NCBI RefSeq assembly: GCF_006345805.1
Contig: NW_021835198.1
Location: forward strand, 1 to 42,456
DNA length: 42,456 nt
From: Octopus sinensis
Lineage: Eukaryota
Reading direction: 5' to 3'
The translations under genes were made by a program, and so were the position numbers. How positions within the stretch are numbered: the first letter of the stretch is position 1; every line of letters starts with the position of its first letter. Below, piece by piece: positions 25,426 through 39,010 of the stretch. The notes under the pieces are model-generated. The model was given only the letters and a program-made list of their open reading frames with translations, ran no database searches and was not told the DNA's origin.

Positions 25426-25960
25426 GAGTGAGAGAGCAGTGCATGCCATCAAAGCGACGCTGGGGTAAAATATACGAAGCCCAGTATACCCATCATGACT
25501 ACCCGTTTGATAAGGGTACACCAGGCACATGCATCACAACCATATGTGTGCGACATGGTGATAAACAGTACATGACCTTGCAAGAGGGGCCCAGTTAGAA
25601 TTTTCTTCTAGTCGAGTAACCCATCCCGCTCAAAAGGTCCCTGAATAAGGGTTGTTTAAGGATGTTGAACGAAACACCCATGTTTCCAAAGGTGAATTAT
25701 CCAAACTCCAAAGAGTACCTTTGGCTACGATGCTCCCCCACTATTTCTGCTTGTGATCAGAGATGCCCATATCGTCAGCCACTAAGGGACATGCTCAACT
25801 GGTTAAGGTCAAACAACTGGCAAGCAAATCTGTGGTATTGAGCAGAATATTTGCTGTAAAACCCATCTTTTATACCAAGACAAAACAATGTACATGATAA
25901 CACTTCCAATCAGTTAAGATAAGAAACCATGAGAGCCACTGCCTGGTACTGCATCAAGGC
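25426..25960 (-). mobile_element. Unclassified ~550-bp (TAA)n-associated element, copy 3
   Basis: Reverse complement of 6249-6800 with two small deletions; both ends coincide; (TTA)n on both flanks. Confidence 0.9.
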
Positions 25961-25995
<35 letters not shown>

Positions 25996-26065
25996 GAAAA
26001 ACTGGGTCCCACCTGCAAGGTCATGTGCTGTTTATCTTGATATGAGATCACCATGTCGCGCACAT
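25996..26065 (+). mobile_element. Internal fragment of the ~550-bp element, inverted relative to copy 3
   Basis: actgggtcccacctgcaaggtcatgtgctgtttatcttgatatgagatcaccatgtcgcgcacat matches ~6620-6683. Confidence 0.8.
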
Positions 26066-26146
26066 ACCATCATCGTCATCGTCGTCGTCGTCGTCGTCAT
26101 CATCATTATTATTATTATTATTATTATTATAATTTTTAAAATTACT

Positions 26147-26513
26147 ATTACCTCTGCCTTAGCGACGGCGGAGGTATTGTTTTCAGTCGCGTTTGTTTGT
26201 CCGTGGACAAGATATCTCAAAAACCGCTAAATGGATTCGGATGAAACTTTCAAGGATGCTTGACCTCGCGAGAGGCACGAACTGATTAGATTTTGGTGCT
26301 GATCCGATTCCGGACAAGGATTCGGGATCATTTATCACTCTTTTTTTTTTTTACTTAATTTGTGAGTGCAGTCGGGTTCATTTTTAGTATCCTCGTTCGA
26401 GAGAGCAGTCGAGTTTATTTCAGATATTCTCATTTTAAAAATCCTCTCCAGCTAATCGTTCCGAGGACGTTGGTGTTGCCATCGCCGAGTTTTGCGCTCT
26501 CTGAGTGCTCTTG
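26147..26513 (+). mobile_element. Helentron/DINE-1(HINE)-like non-autonomous element
   Basis: 5' hairpin tacctctgcc/ggcggaggta (26149-26176), gtttgtttgtccg core, atctcaaaaaccgc..ggatgaaacttt block, 3' stem-loop gcgctc-tct-gagtgc (26494-26508), T-rich flank. Confidence 0.55.
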
Positions 26514-26944
26514 TTGTTGTTGCTGTTATTATTATCATTATTATTATTGTTGTTGTTGTTCTTGTCATCATCATCATCACCACCATCATTATCATCATCG
26601 TCGTCGACGTCGTCATCATTATCACTATCAGTTATTGTTGTTGTTGTATTCGTTCTTGTGTCAAAATCGTTATAGAGTCTGAAGAAATGTCTTGTGGTAT
26701 TAAGTTCTAGCTTTTGTGGTTCCTGTTTGAAAACAAAGAACTTGGGATTTTTTTCCTTTCGGAGACGATAACATATAAAGAACTGGGTGCCTTGTTATCC
26801 CAAATTTCCTTTCCTCAGAAACCCTTCTTCTTCTTCTTCTTCTTCTTCTTCTTCTTCTTCTTCTTCTTTTAGAAAAATGGGATTAGGGTAATCGACTTAT
26901 CCCGTCCCTTAAAAAGGGTGGTTGTGTGCTAAATTTAAAACCAT

Positions 26945-26947
26945 TAC

Positions 26948-27011
<64 letters not shown>

Positions 27012-27025
27012 TATTATTATTATCA

Positions 27026-27063
<38 letters not shown>

Positions 27064-27110
27064 GTTGTTATTATTATTGTTGTTGTTGTTGTTGTTGTTA
27101 TTATTATTAT
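26945..27110. repeat. (TTA)n/(TTG)n tract
   Basis: Read directly. Confidence 0.95.
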
Positions 27111-27910
27111 TAACAAATATATATATTTTTTACTCTTTGGTAGTTGCTGTGCCGATGCTGCTGCTGCTGCTGTGATGGCTGTCAGTGCTTCAACTTCCTG
27201 TCTTTTTGTTTACCGAAGCTCCAACATCTGGAACAATTTTGGATAAGATCCGATACTACTCGCAGAAATCATTCATTTCATAAGACCATTCTTGTCACAC
27301 AAGAAGAGAGAGAGAGAGGAAGGGAGAAAGAGAGAGAGAGAGAGAGGGGGGAGGAGAAGAATGAGAGGTGAGAGGGAAAGAGTAATAAAGAGAGATAAGA
27401 AACAGGGAGAGGGGGAAAATACATGTTCAATTATTCCTAAAATTCTGATTACTGCTACGACACACACACACACACACACACAAACACACAAACACACACA
27501 TACACACACACACACGCACGTGTATATGTCGCTTAGGCATTGCGAGGCTAATAGCCTGGTGCCAGAACTCCATATCCATAGCCTTCGAAACGAAACATCA
27601 GTCGAGTACAGAGCGTAATAAGAAATTACAATGGCAAAGGAATTAACGATTATGTTACGAACTTCATTGGCTTACTGCTGTTTCTGCTACAATGTGCAGT
27701 GGGCGCATAGTTTAGTGCTTAAGTTTCACTCTATAGCTTCATTAGAGCTTCAAGCATGTGGTGCACTTCATGTTTGAAGAGGTGCACTATGTGTGTGTGT
27801 GTGTGTCCAAACGAATCTAATATTTGTATGATAGATATATGTGTGACCGCGTGTGTACCGTTGGCGATTTTTTTCCTCTGTCTTCCTTTTCTGGATCTTT
27901 CCTTTCCTAT

Positions 27911-27945
27911 GTTTCTGACGAAGAGCTCCGCTCGAAACGTTAAGC
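27911..27945 (+). ncRNA. Minimal type-I hammerhead ribozyme motif (Penelope pLTR-like)
   Basis: gttt-CTGACGA-a-gagc-tcc-gctc-GAAAC-GT-T-aagc: intact core, 4-bp stem II, palindromic ACGT stem III, short stem I. Confidence 0.55.
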
Positions 27946-30392
27946 CCTCCTTCTTTCTTTTTCCTGAGCGTCCAATAAACTATATTGTTCCACGTCCTCG
28001 CGTTGTTGCGTTTTTTTTGTGCTTCATGGTTGGGATTATAAACTATATATATATATATATATAATATATATATACATATACATACATTGATATACACGCT
28101 TGAGTGCGTGTTAGAGTATTTACTTATACGCCTTGTATATAAAGAATATAAGTTTTATTTTCCTTTAAAACTGATTTATGAGAAAGAATAAGAATGTCCC
28201 TCACGACCTGTTTTTCAACGGTTGTTCATATTTTTTTGCGGTAGTTCTTTGCCCTTTATTTGAAACAAAATATTTTGCAAGTTCGTCGACGATTCCGACT
28301 TTCCTTTTAAGAATCTGCTGCAATGAAACTTTGTATCATACAAAGAAATCAATACAAAATAAAACAAAGAAAAACTGTTTTATTACTTGATACAACTAAG
28401 AGTCAAATCTCCATTAAAATCACACCCGGGAGATTACAGAAAGATAGAAAATTAAATATGTATGTATCATAAATGCGTGTTTGCGCATGCGTGTTCGTAT
28501 GGCACATAGATCGCTAAGTATTTGTAGTTAAATAAACAATAACAAAGATGATTGATATCCATTTAAAGCACAGGCTATATTTGAGTCCTTTTTTCTCCCT
28601 TTTTTCCTGTTATAAGTTGCCTAGAAGCCAGCAGGGGTTCCATTTATTTGTGCTCTTCTCCCGGTGATTTTACTGCACACTTCAGACAGAAATATGAGTG
28701 TTTTATTTTTCCAGTAAAAGAGTCCCTGAGTTCTTTCAAAGACTATCACAAAGAAAACACTGCATTGCTATAGAAATACAATTGACAATACATGAACATA
28801 ACTGAATATATTAACATTGCATTGCTTATGATTAGACTGATTCACCCATTATGAGAATAGTTCAAATATCTTAGTACAAATCAATTCATGCAAAAAGTGA
28901 ACGAAGTACCGAGGTAATATCGACTCGCCGACACAGAACTGAGTGTATGCTAACACTTTCCAAGGAACAGACAGAGAACCGTTGACGTCTCACATCCTGC
29001 TACGCGCTATCTTCCTGTCATTCGCTTCAGCATCTTGTACCAGAGTCAGTTGGAAACCTTTGTTCCTTTATTTCTGGTCACCAGCTAAAAATATGCAGTT
29101 AACTAGTTACAAAAATGTCATACATATATACATATGCATCATGTGTTCATACACAATTATCTGTCTGTGTGTCTGTTTGTCGGTAAGTATGTTTGTTTGT
29201 CTGTGCGTATGTATGTATGTATGTATGTATGTATGTATGTATGTACGTATGTATCTATTATATATATATATATTATATATATATATATTATAATATATAT
29301 GTATATCTATTATATTACATGTGTGTGAGTGTGAATACGTTAATGTATATATATGCACATATACATGCATACATGTACATATGTAATATTGGTATATTAT
29401 ATATATTATAGATATATATATATATGTGTGTTGGTGTGTGTTGGATGTATATATTATATGCGTGCATGTATACGCCTATGTGTGAGTGCGTAGATGTGTT
29501 AAAACAAACAGACAATGACACAAGCATACAACGAACGAGAGAGAGAGAGAGAGAGTGAAAGAGGTAGAAAGGGAGGAAGGGAGGTAGTGAGAGGTTGGGA
29601 GTCACGGAGAGACACACGACCACACCCTGACATAGATACAAACACACATCTACCGTAAACATCTCACACCCTGACACAGATAAAGACACACACACACACA
29701 CACACACACAGACACACACACACATGCACACATACAACCGCACATACACAGACCACATAAACATGCACATACTATCAGACTCACAATGCATTGATATATA
29801 TAAACATACACATACATACGTCAGTCAGATTGACAAACGATTCTACTCGCAGACGCACACATACACACGCAGATATACATGCATACACACACATACATTT
29901 ATATACAGAAAGAGAGATAGAGATAGACAGATAGACTGACAGAGAAAGAGAAGGAGAGAGAGAGAGGCAAACTCACAGACACACACTCATGCATACATGC
30001 ATACATAACATACATACATACATACATACATAGATAGATACATAGATACATACATACAAACATATATATATATATACATATACACATACATACACAAAAA
30101 GAGAGATATAGAGGTAGATAAATGGAGAGAGAGGGAGGGAGAGAGAGGGAATGGAAGAGACTCATGGACACAATATGCATGTCCACATACACAGATTTCC
30201 TTACACACCAACAGGCGTCCGAACATGTACGCGCGCGCACGCACGCGCACGCACACACACAAACACACACACACACAGGGAAATGTTGCTAAGCATTGAT
30301 AGATACGAGTACGCACAACGATACACACACAAACATGCACACACACATACACACACACACACACACAGACAGACACACACAGACACACACAG

Positions 30393-30441
<49 letters not shown>

Positions 30442-31825
30442 AGTGGGAGAGAGAGAGAGAGAGAGAACTGACGGAGCGAGGGAACGCAAGGGAGGGAAGG
30501 AGAGAGAGAGAGAGAGAGACTGAGAGAGGCAGACTCAGAGACACAGACACACATGTATATGCACATACATACATTCATACATACACACATACATACATAT
30601 ACTGGTAGAGATAAAGATAGATAGATAGAGAGAGAGTGAGAGAGAGGGTGAGGAGACTGATACAGAGATACAGATACTCGCGAATATAGAAACATATGTG
30701 CACACAGACGGATAGACACACACCAAACGCATATATACACACACACATCAAGAAAGAGAGAAAGAGAGAAAGGGTGAGAGATAGAGAAAAAGACTGACAT
30801 CGAAGCAGATGGAAAAGACCCAAATACACCCATACTCCATACACACACACACGTACCCAGGACCCACATACACACAAAGAGACCAGGACACTGATACACA
30901 TGTTGTAACCTAGGAAGCCAAAGTGGTTATAGGTTTGTTATCTAAACCAAATTAAACAGTTGACAATCATGACAGTGTCAATTTCTTCACAGCTTAGCAA
31001 AATAACTGGAATATTTCAACATTCTTAGCCCCGCCGCCGCCGTCGTCTTCGCCGTCGTGACCGTGTAGCCCTGTGTCTGCCCCTATCACTTAATCAAGCA
31101 TTAGACCTATGGTTATAGGGCGTTCTAGCGGTGACCATCTCGCTCTTTCATTTCCTACGTCGTGTCGTGTCTATCTGATCCAATGGATCCTAGAGTCACA
31201 CTATTTTTTTAAAAATGTGTTTGATGGAGTGTGGGAGATGAGGGTATTCCTTATCTCCAATATTTAACTTGTCTGCCACATCCACACAGAGCTATATCCA
31301 CGCCAGTGTATACATACACATATATGTGTATGTATCTATGTATGTATGTATGTATGTACTTATTTGTATATATATTTTATATATTCTCTTGTGTGTTGTG
31401 TGGTGTGATATGTGTGAGTATATATTATATGTATTTATATATATGTATATATATGTATATATAAGTTATATGCATATATATGTATATATATGTATATATA
31501 TGTATATATATATATATATATATGTGGGATTTAAAAAACTCAAATTAGGCAATCAACCTTTTATACATACTCATACAATTATAAATTCGACTTAAAATGC
31601 ATATAGATATATATATATATATTAATACATATCGACATATATGGATACTTAAAAAAAATATAGATATACATAAAAATACATGTAAATAGCAGCCATGTAA
31701 GATATATATGGAAGAAAGTTTGAGAAAAGGAAAACTGATAAATTAGTTTTCGTACTAAAATTAAGGGCTGTTAAGAGTTTCAATTAAAAGATCCATAAAA
31801 TTCAATGCTTATTTTAAAATATATA

Positions 31826-31988
31826 GGCGCAGGAGTGGCTGTGTGGTATGTAGCTTGCTAACCAACCACATGGTTCCGGGTTCAGTCCCACTGCGTGGCA
31901 TCTTGGGCAAGTGTCTTCTACTTTAGCCCCGGGCCGACCAATGCCTTGTGAGTGGATTTGGTAGACGGAAACTGAAAGAAGCCTGTCG

Positions 31989-32021
<33 letters not shown>

Positions 32022-32242
32022 ATGTGTTTGTGTGTCTGTGTTTGTCCCCCTAGCATTGCTTGACAACCAATGCTGGTGTGTTTACGTCCCCGTCACTTAG
32101 CGGTTTGGCAAAAGAGACCGATAGAATAAGTACTGGGCTTACAAAGAATAAGTCCCGGGGTCGATTTGCTCGACTAGAGGCGGTGTTCCAGCATGGCCGC
32201 AGTCAAATGACTGAAACAAGTAAAAGAGTAAAAGAGTAAAGA
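31826..32242 (+). mobile_element. SINE family A, full length (tRNA head, CORE-like block, internal (TA)n(TG)n, 3' tail with (TAAAAGAG)n)
   Basis: A and B boxes, tcttgggcaagtgtct, tail ggcggtgttccagcatggccgcagtcaaatgactgaaacaagtaaaagag. Resembles the octopus OR/OK SINE group (recalled, not verified). Confidence 0.9.
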
Positions 32243-32439
32243 ATATATATATATATATAAGACAAAGGAGTGAAAGAGAAAAGAGAATTCACGAGATTCT
32301 TTATTAACCACAACGATCTCTTCGACTCATCTTGCATCGTTCCCTCGATTTCTCTCATTCGTTATACACTCGACCGACACTGAGGAATTCCCGAGGAAGA
32401 TCCAGTGGCACTTATATTCATATTGTTGATGACATCATG

Positions 32440-32780
32440 TAGCCATAGACTGTTGTAAGTGTGGTTTAACTCCACGAACTCAATGAAAGGGTCGCCGTCT
32501 CTGGTTCCAAAATTTCAGCCATCAATAATCAATGAAAACAATGCCTGACTACGCAGTCTTGCTACAAAGGCGCCGTCATGTGATCGGGGATGGGAAAACG
32601 GTGTCTACTTCTGCCTATACTTCACCATTCCTGCACCTGAAACTAAGGAAGCGGTTGTGTGTTTCATTGGTGTAGATGTGAGAAATGCTTCAGCCACCGC
32701 AATAAGGTTCTTAGTTGGGTGTCTATCAATTACGTGTCATTCAGTCTTACTCATTACACCCGTTGTTAGACTGTCACAAG
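32440..32780 (-). mobile_element. Possible decayed AP-endonuclease remnant of a LINE
   Basis: Minus frame with stops includes NLIAVAEAFL..RSHDGAFVA, loosely resembling APE motifs; weak. Confidence 0.2.
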
Positions 32781-34544
32781 TTATTTTTTTGAAAAAATGA
32801 AGTGCGAAAGAGCTGTGCACATATCAGACGTACTTTCTCGTTCTCATAAAATAAGCCCAGTGAAAAGACAAAGTCAAGACGACTGAATTTTATGATAATG
32901 CAAGAGATTCCCAAACAAGCTAAAGATCTAACTGGCTATGTGTCTAGACGAGAAAATATTACTCCAGATGCATGCATCGTGGTTTCTAACACAGTATCAT
33001 GGGATGTTGTCACCTGACGCCATACATGAAGCTGTGGAGATGAAGGCTTCTCAATTCTTCCAAGCTCCATTTGAATAATGGGAAACATGCAACCTATACA
33101 TACATATCTAAACGCAAAGGGCGACTCGGACATCCTCGTTCCCCGCAACCCTCCCCTGCTATAAATTCTGCCGGCTCTTCTATACCGCCCTTGTCCTGAA
33201 CAGCAACCTGAGGCGCCAGCATCCTTTGCATCCATCAGCATGAAGAGGATCAATCCTCGCTACAGATTAACTACTCAGATACGAGTTTATGCTACCACCG
33301 CCGCCGCCGCCGCCGACAACGACGACATATAAAAAAGATTATGCCCACATTACGCGATGGCCTTCTACATACATACATTCTTACATACATACATACATAC
33401 ACACACATGCGCATCTACACATTATTGGACGACCATTGATTCGTTTACTTTCTGACAGGTGTTCTTTTACATCCAGGAAGGTGTGCAAAATCACCCTCCT
33501 CACCGAGCAAACTTACCAGTTTTGTCGCTAGTGACCTGACCCTGCGTCAGGTTATACTGGGCCACATGTTGCCAGTTGTGCTCTCAAGCGATTTGACGAA
33601 TGTACTGATATCGTCAACCAGCAAACTGCGACCTCGCCGTTTTCAGTTGGTTTAAAGATCCCTGTCTCTGTTTCTCCCTCTCTCTCTCTCGATCAATCTC
33701 TGCCACTGTGTGTGTATGTGTCTGTGTGCCTGTATACACACGCACACACACGCGCGCGCGAGCGCGCACGAACACATTTATGGCTACATAGTCGGCCCAT
33801 AAATCGTTAGAATAGAATTACAGTGGAATTACGTTTATGATTTCTCCCAGAGATAACATGTTGAAAAACGGATTAAGGTGGATTACGCTGACAGAATCCA
33901 TCAGACAAACAAACAAAAAAAAAAGAAAGAAAGAAAAGAAAAAAATAGTTGTATGTCTCCGTGTAGGGGTTCAATTGTTGACATTTAGCAATTTCGTTGG
34001 TTGAGAGCCTGAAGTAGTTCCACATTATTACAGGTTGCAATGGAAGTGGGGTCACGGGCGGGGTGAGGGTAGGAGCCGCAGCGGCGTTTTTCTGGGGGTG
34101 GGAAGGCGATTATAGCAACAACTGCAGCAGTACTCTTTCCCCCTTTCCTTTTTTTTCCTTGATTAAACAAATAAGTTATTTATCTGGGTTGTTATCAAAG
34201 GGTTGGAAGGGTTATAGTACTAGTGGTGGCGAGAGTGTGTGTGTGTGTGTGTGGGGGGGGGAACTGGATTTATATTCGAGAGGAAATATCCGCCAACCCC
34301 GCACACTCTACAGAATAAGTGTGGGAATTATCAATTAATGTATTGGAACAGAGACGTCTATAAAGAGTTATATATATATACATTCATACAAACACACGCA
34401 CACACGTGTATATATGCACATACATGTAATATATGTGTTTATATATACATTTATATATATAATTGATATAATTTTATATCAAGTTATCCATATATCTATA
34501 ATACACACACACACGCACAAACTTACACACACATACATCTATCT

Positions 34545-35030
34545 ACCTAGGGCGGGTAAAATTCCTGAGATCGATGGACAAGTTTTTCTCCAGCGGTCTT
34601 TGTCCGCCATCATCACTTTCATGTCCTGTGTCTCCCAGAGACCAGAGTCTGTCCTTAGAGCATCAACCTATGTCATCCTCGGTCTCCCTCTTCAAGTGCG
34701 TCCATGTAGGGCGATCCTACAGGAGCACCGAGTGCAGTATCAACTCTGAATGATGGTCAGCATGTCCAGCTAACTTCACTCTCTTCTGTGTTAGTCTTTC
34801 GAGCTAACTTTTGGGAGGCTCTCGTACAGCGCTGAGTTCTTCATCCTCAGTGTATACTGATTAATATTCAGGGCCATCTTCAGCATTCTCGTGTAGCACC
34901 CATTCGCCATCTGAGTGAGCTTCTTGGACAGTGTCCAAGTCTCAGATCCGTACAACAGCACAGGCTCCACTGCAGTAACGAAGAGACGAATCTTCAGGTC
35001 GTTACGAAGGTCTGACTTCCATACAGATCT
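34545..35030 (-). mobile_element. RTE-like LINE 3' fragment
   Basis: SVWKSDLRNDLKIRLFVTAVEPVLLYGSETWTLSKKL..GCYTRMLKMALNI; the LLYGSETW motif is typical of RTE RT C-termini. Confidence 0.8.
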
Positions 35031-35487
35031 TAAACTTACATATACTGACACGCAAATGCATACAACCAGATAAAGATAGATAGATGCACGTACATGCATA
35101 AATACATACATAAATACATACATAAATACATAAATACAGACAACATACAATACAAACATACATACATACATACATACATACATACAGACAGACAGACAGA
35201 CAGACAGACATACATTCATACATACATACATACATACATGGAGGCTGTCAACTCGTGGACAAGTCCGAGTGTCACTAATGAATTATCTTATCTTAGTTGT
35301 TAAAGAGAATGACTGACAGCAATACCCTTAGTGAAATTTAAGGTATAGAGCAATTTGCACCACATCGCTAGGACTCTCACCTACAAAGCCAAGTAGTCCA
35401 GAAAACAGAATGAGCAAGATCTTCGTTGCACAGGGAGACGGGTGTTATTTCGAAATTTCTATCTCTTAGAGATATGTATAAACCAGT

Positions 35488-35787
35488 GAGTGGTTCTCGA
35501 TCATTTTTTTAAACTAAGGAACCCTTTCATTACTATTTTATTCTGGTGAACACCCATAGCTATTCGATGTTTGAAAAGTAGTTTTATAGATATTCCTTTC
35601 AAAATTTCTAGTTTATTTATCGTACATTCACTTGTGTAGCCTGAACTAAGTAAAACTTCAAAGAAAGAAATCTGTTTCTTACATCTAAAGCAAAATCTTT
35701 TCATGGATCCATAAAAAACTGACCGATTTACTAGTTTGCTTGTGTGGACCCCCAAAATCTTATATGAACCCCATCTGAGAATCAAAG
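35488..35787. mobile_element. Decayed hAT-like MITE
   Basis: Degenerate TIRs gagtggttctc / gagaatcaaag (cf. CAGTGGTTCTC-type hAT ends) and recurring subterminal ggaaccc/ggacccc motifs. Confidence 0.4.
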
Positions 35788-36049
35788 GTCTGAACAAAAA
35801 CTAATGATCTTTTCCTCCTGTCCGATGGACGGGCGTTGAATCAACTGAATTAATCCATCCCTTGGTTGGTTTTGTTCTGTCCAATGAAAATCCCCGCCTT
35901 AACAAGGAGACTTGATAGGGTTTAGAGTCCGACCACTGGATCATGCGAGGTTATCCCCAGTAGCAAAATGTGTGACGTAACACAACAAATATACATGCGT
36001 AAATACATGCATATATACGCACACATACACGAACACACACACACGCACA

Positions 36050-36103
<54 letters not shown>

Positions 36104-36419
36104 CTGAGGTGTGTTCTGTTAAGAGCGTATTAGAGTACAAATAGAACTCGTTCAACCTTAGAACTCTGAAATTTCAAAGAAGCCATGTGTGTTGTAGCAT
36201 GGAAATCTAGATTTACTTACGGGGACAGCAATTGAATATCGCCCGAGGAGATACACTTAGGTCTTCTTATACCGGTAAATCGTTATATAATTTAATTTAA
36301 ATTTAAACTTAACTTTAAAACCTGTATATACGAGGATCTGTATGTATCGAAATATTGTAGTGATTATTAAAAAGCTGCTTAACAGTACTTACTCTTCCTT
36401 TTGACTCTTTTACTTTTTA

Positions 36420-36429
36420 CTTCATATAT

Positions 36430-36523
<94 letters not shown>

Positions 36524-36552
36524 GTATATATATATATAAATATATATATATG

Positions 36553-36605
<53 letters not shown>
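36420..36605. repeat. (TA)n tract
   Basis: Read directly. Confidence 0.95.
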
Positions 36606-36610
<5 letters not shown>

Positions 36611-37738
36611 CAGCCTTTTTTAAAGATTTAAAGCATAAGATACTTTCATTCACAACCTTTTAACCAAAGGCAAAACGAAAATACTTACCTTCCTTCCTAC
36701 CTACCTACCTACCTACCTACCTACCTACCTACCTTCCTACCTATCTACATACCTACATACATACATACATACATACGTACATACATACATACAGACAGAC
36801 AGACAAACATGCATGCCATACATACACACGTACGTAAGAAAGTTTTCGAACCTGTCCCTTACACGTAGATGCTAGAAGCCCTTCGATTTGCTAAATAACA
36901 TAATCAAAACCATAGCTAATCCGACCTCATATGGGCCACGAACTTGAAGTTAAATATAAGCTGTGATTGTATTACAATTGATAAAATACAGTATGGCAGA
37001 CATCCAATCATAAGCACAATAAAACAGTTTGAAAAGTAGTTTTAGAAAGGTTGCGTAGGGAATCTTCCATATTTGTACGTATGTTATTATTCAATTTCCC
37101 TTCCCACGGACATTCCACCAGTGTTCTTTCCTATTACCAATGGCAATGGCCGCTACGATTCTGTGAGGTTTTTGTTTTAGCTCTTTGGCTTCAGGTCTAA
37201 TCTTCCGCCGGATCTCATTGTACAGTGTGTTCCCTACACGATAAGAATGGCGATGGTAGTTATCCTTGTAGTGGTGGTGTTGGCATTGATATGGGTGGTG
37301 ATGTTAGTGTTGGCGGTGGTGGAAGTGGTAGTGGTGAGGCGAGGTGACAGTGCTTATGGTAATGGTCCTGATGAAGGCGGTGGTAATGATGGGGACGTTA
37401 GCTCTGGTGGTAATGAATGTGATGGCGATGATGTTGATAGCAGATTGCAGTAATGGTGAAAATAGTGATGAGGATGACGATGGGGATAGCGGTTGTGGTG
37501 GTGGGGAAATAGCGTTATCTGCATCAATCCCCAAGACACCGTCACTGCCTCTTGTCGTTTTTTTTTATAATATTCCAATTCGTTTAACTCTATTCACGAG
37601 TGTGTTCGTGTGTTCACATACATACATGCATACAACCATATGATATATACATATAATGCACGCATACATACACACAAATACATACATACACACACACACA
37701 CACATATATATATACATATATATATATATATTTACATA

Positions 37739-37785
<47 letters not shown>

Positions 37786-37882
37786 CGCATGCACACGTAC
37801 ATGTATATACACTGATATGTATGAATGGAGGTGTGTACGGAATATGGGTGAGTTATGTATGTGTGCATATACGTATATATAC

Positions 37883-37945
<63 letters not shown>

Positions 37946-38102
37946 TATATATGCGTATATGTGTGAGCTTGTGCGTGTGTGTCTGTGTTTATATATGTTG
38001 ATTACCTGAATATTTTTATATACATTCAATGGTGTATGCATATGTATGTGTGTTACGTATATAGCATATAAATATACACGCACACAAACAGAGGCTCGTA
38101 TG

Positions 38103-38163
<61 letters not shown>

Positions 38164-38548
38164 GTATGTGTGTGTGTATAAACGTTGGGATGCGTAATCT
38201 CATCCGTATGTGCATGTTCGTTTGCTTGCACGTGTTTGTGTGTGTGCGCTTTTCATCTGTGTGTGTGTGTGTATGTGTATGTGTGTGTGTGTGTATGTGT
38301 GTGTGTGTGTGTGTTTGTGTGTGTTTGTTATTCGTTATGGAAATAACTTTCTAAGATAACTGTTCCTCTGAAACACCGGTTGAACATTGGAAAATCAATC
38401 ATAAGCCAAGATAATCACTACAAGATGTAAAGACTCACCGACACAATTCTATCAGTGTATTCCTCTTATCTTCTTCTTGTTCTTAGTCACCCCCACCCAC
38501 CCATTATTCCGATATTGATTCCAACATTTGTCCAACAATGATTGGTGG

Positions 38549-38652
38549 GGGGGGGAGGCTAAGTCAATTGCATCGACACCAGTATTTAACTGGTACTTAT
38601 TTTATCGACCCCAAAATGATGCGTGTTAACCACTGTGCCAGCTGGCCGCCTT
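38549..38652 (-). mobile_element. SINE family B, internally deleted
   Basis: Tail block aactggtacttattttatcgacccc joined directly to the head gtgccagctggccgcctt. Confidence 0.6.
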
Positions 38653-38759
38653 GGGCTATCTCTACGGGGTTTGAACTCAGAAAGTAAAGCGCAAGGTATC
38701 CACTGTTTTAACGATCCTGTCACTCTAATATTAGTTTGGAATTTCTGTACAAGGCTGGA

Positions 38760-38935
38760 AAGTTCAGGGGTGGGGATAAATCAATTCCATCGACATCAGT
38801 GTTCAACTGGTGCCTATTTTATTGATTGGAAAAGTCGACCTCGGTGGAATTTGAACACAAAACATAAACACAGGCGAAATGTCTCTAAGCATTTCGCCTG
38901 GCGTGCTAACCTCTCTGCTGGCACGTCGCCTCCCT
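38760..38935 (-). mobile_element. SINE family B, degenerate
   Basis: aagtcgacctcggtggaatttgaacac..aagcatttcgcctggcgtgctaacc. Confidence 0.75.
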
Positions 38936-39010
38936 CTTACTCCAATATTAATTGAAATTATTATTATTATATTACTATTATTATTATTATTATTATTATA
39001 TTATTATTAT

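Noticed and set aside
32936-33253. 105-aa minus-strand ORF
   Set aside because: No recognisable domain and no supporting splice or start context.
33500-33660. Strong minus-strand donor (aactg/GTAAGT) at ~33515
   Set aside because: All upstream frames have stops and there is no good acceptor; at most a non-coding exon, which cannot be supported.
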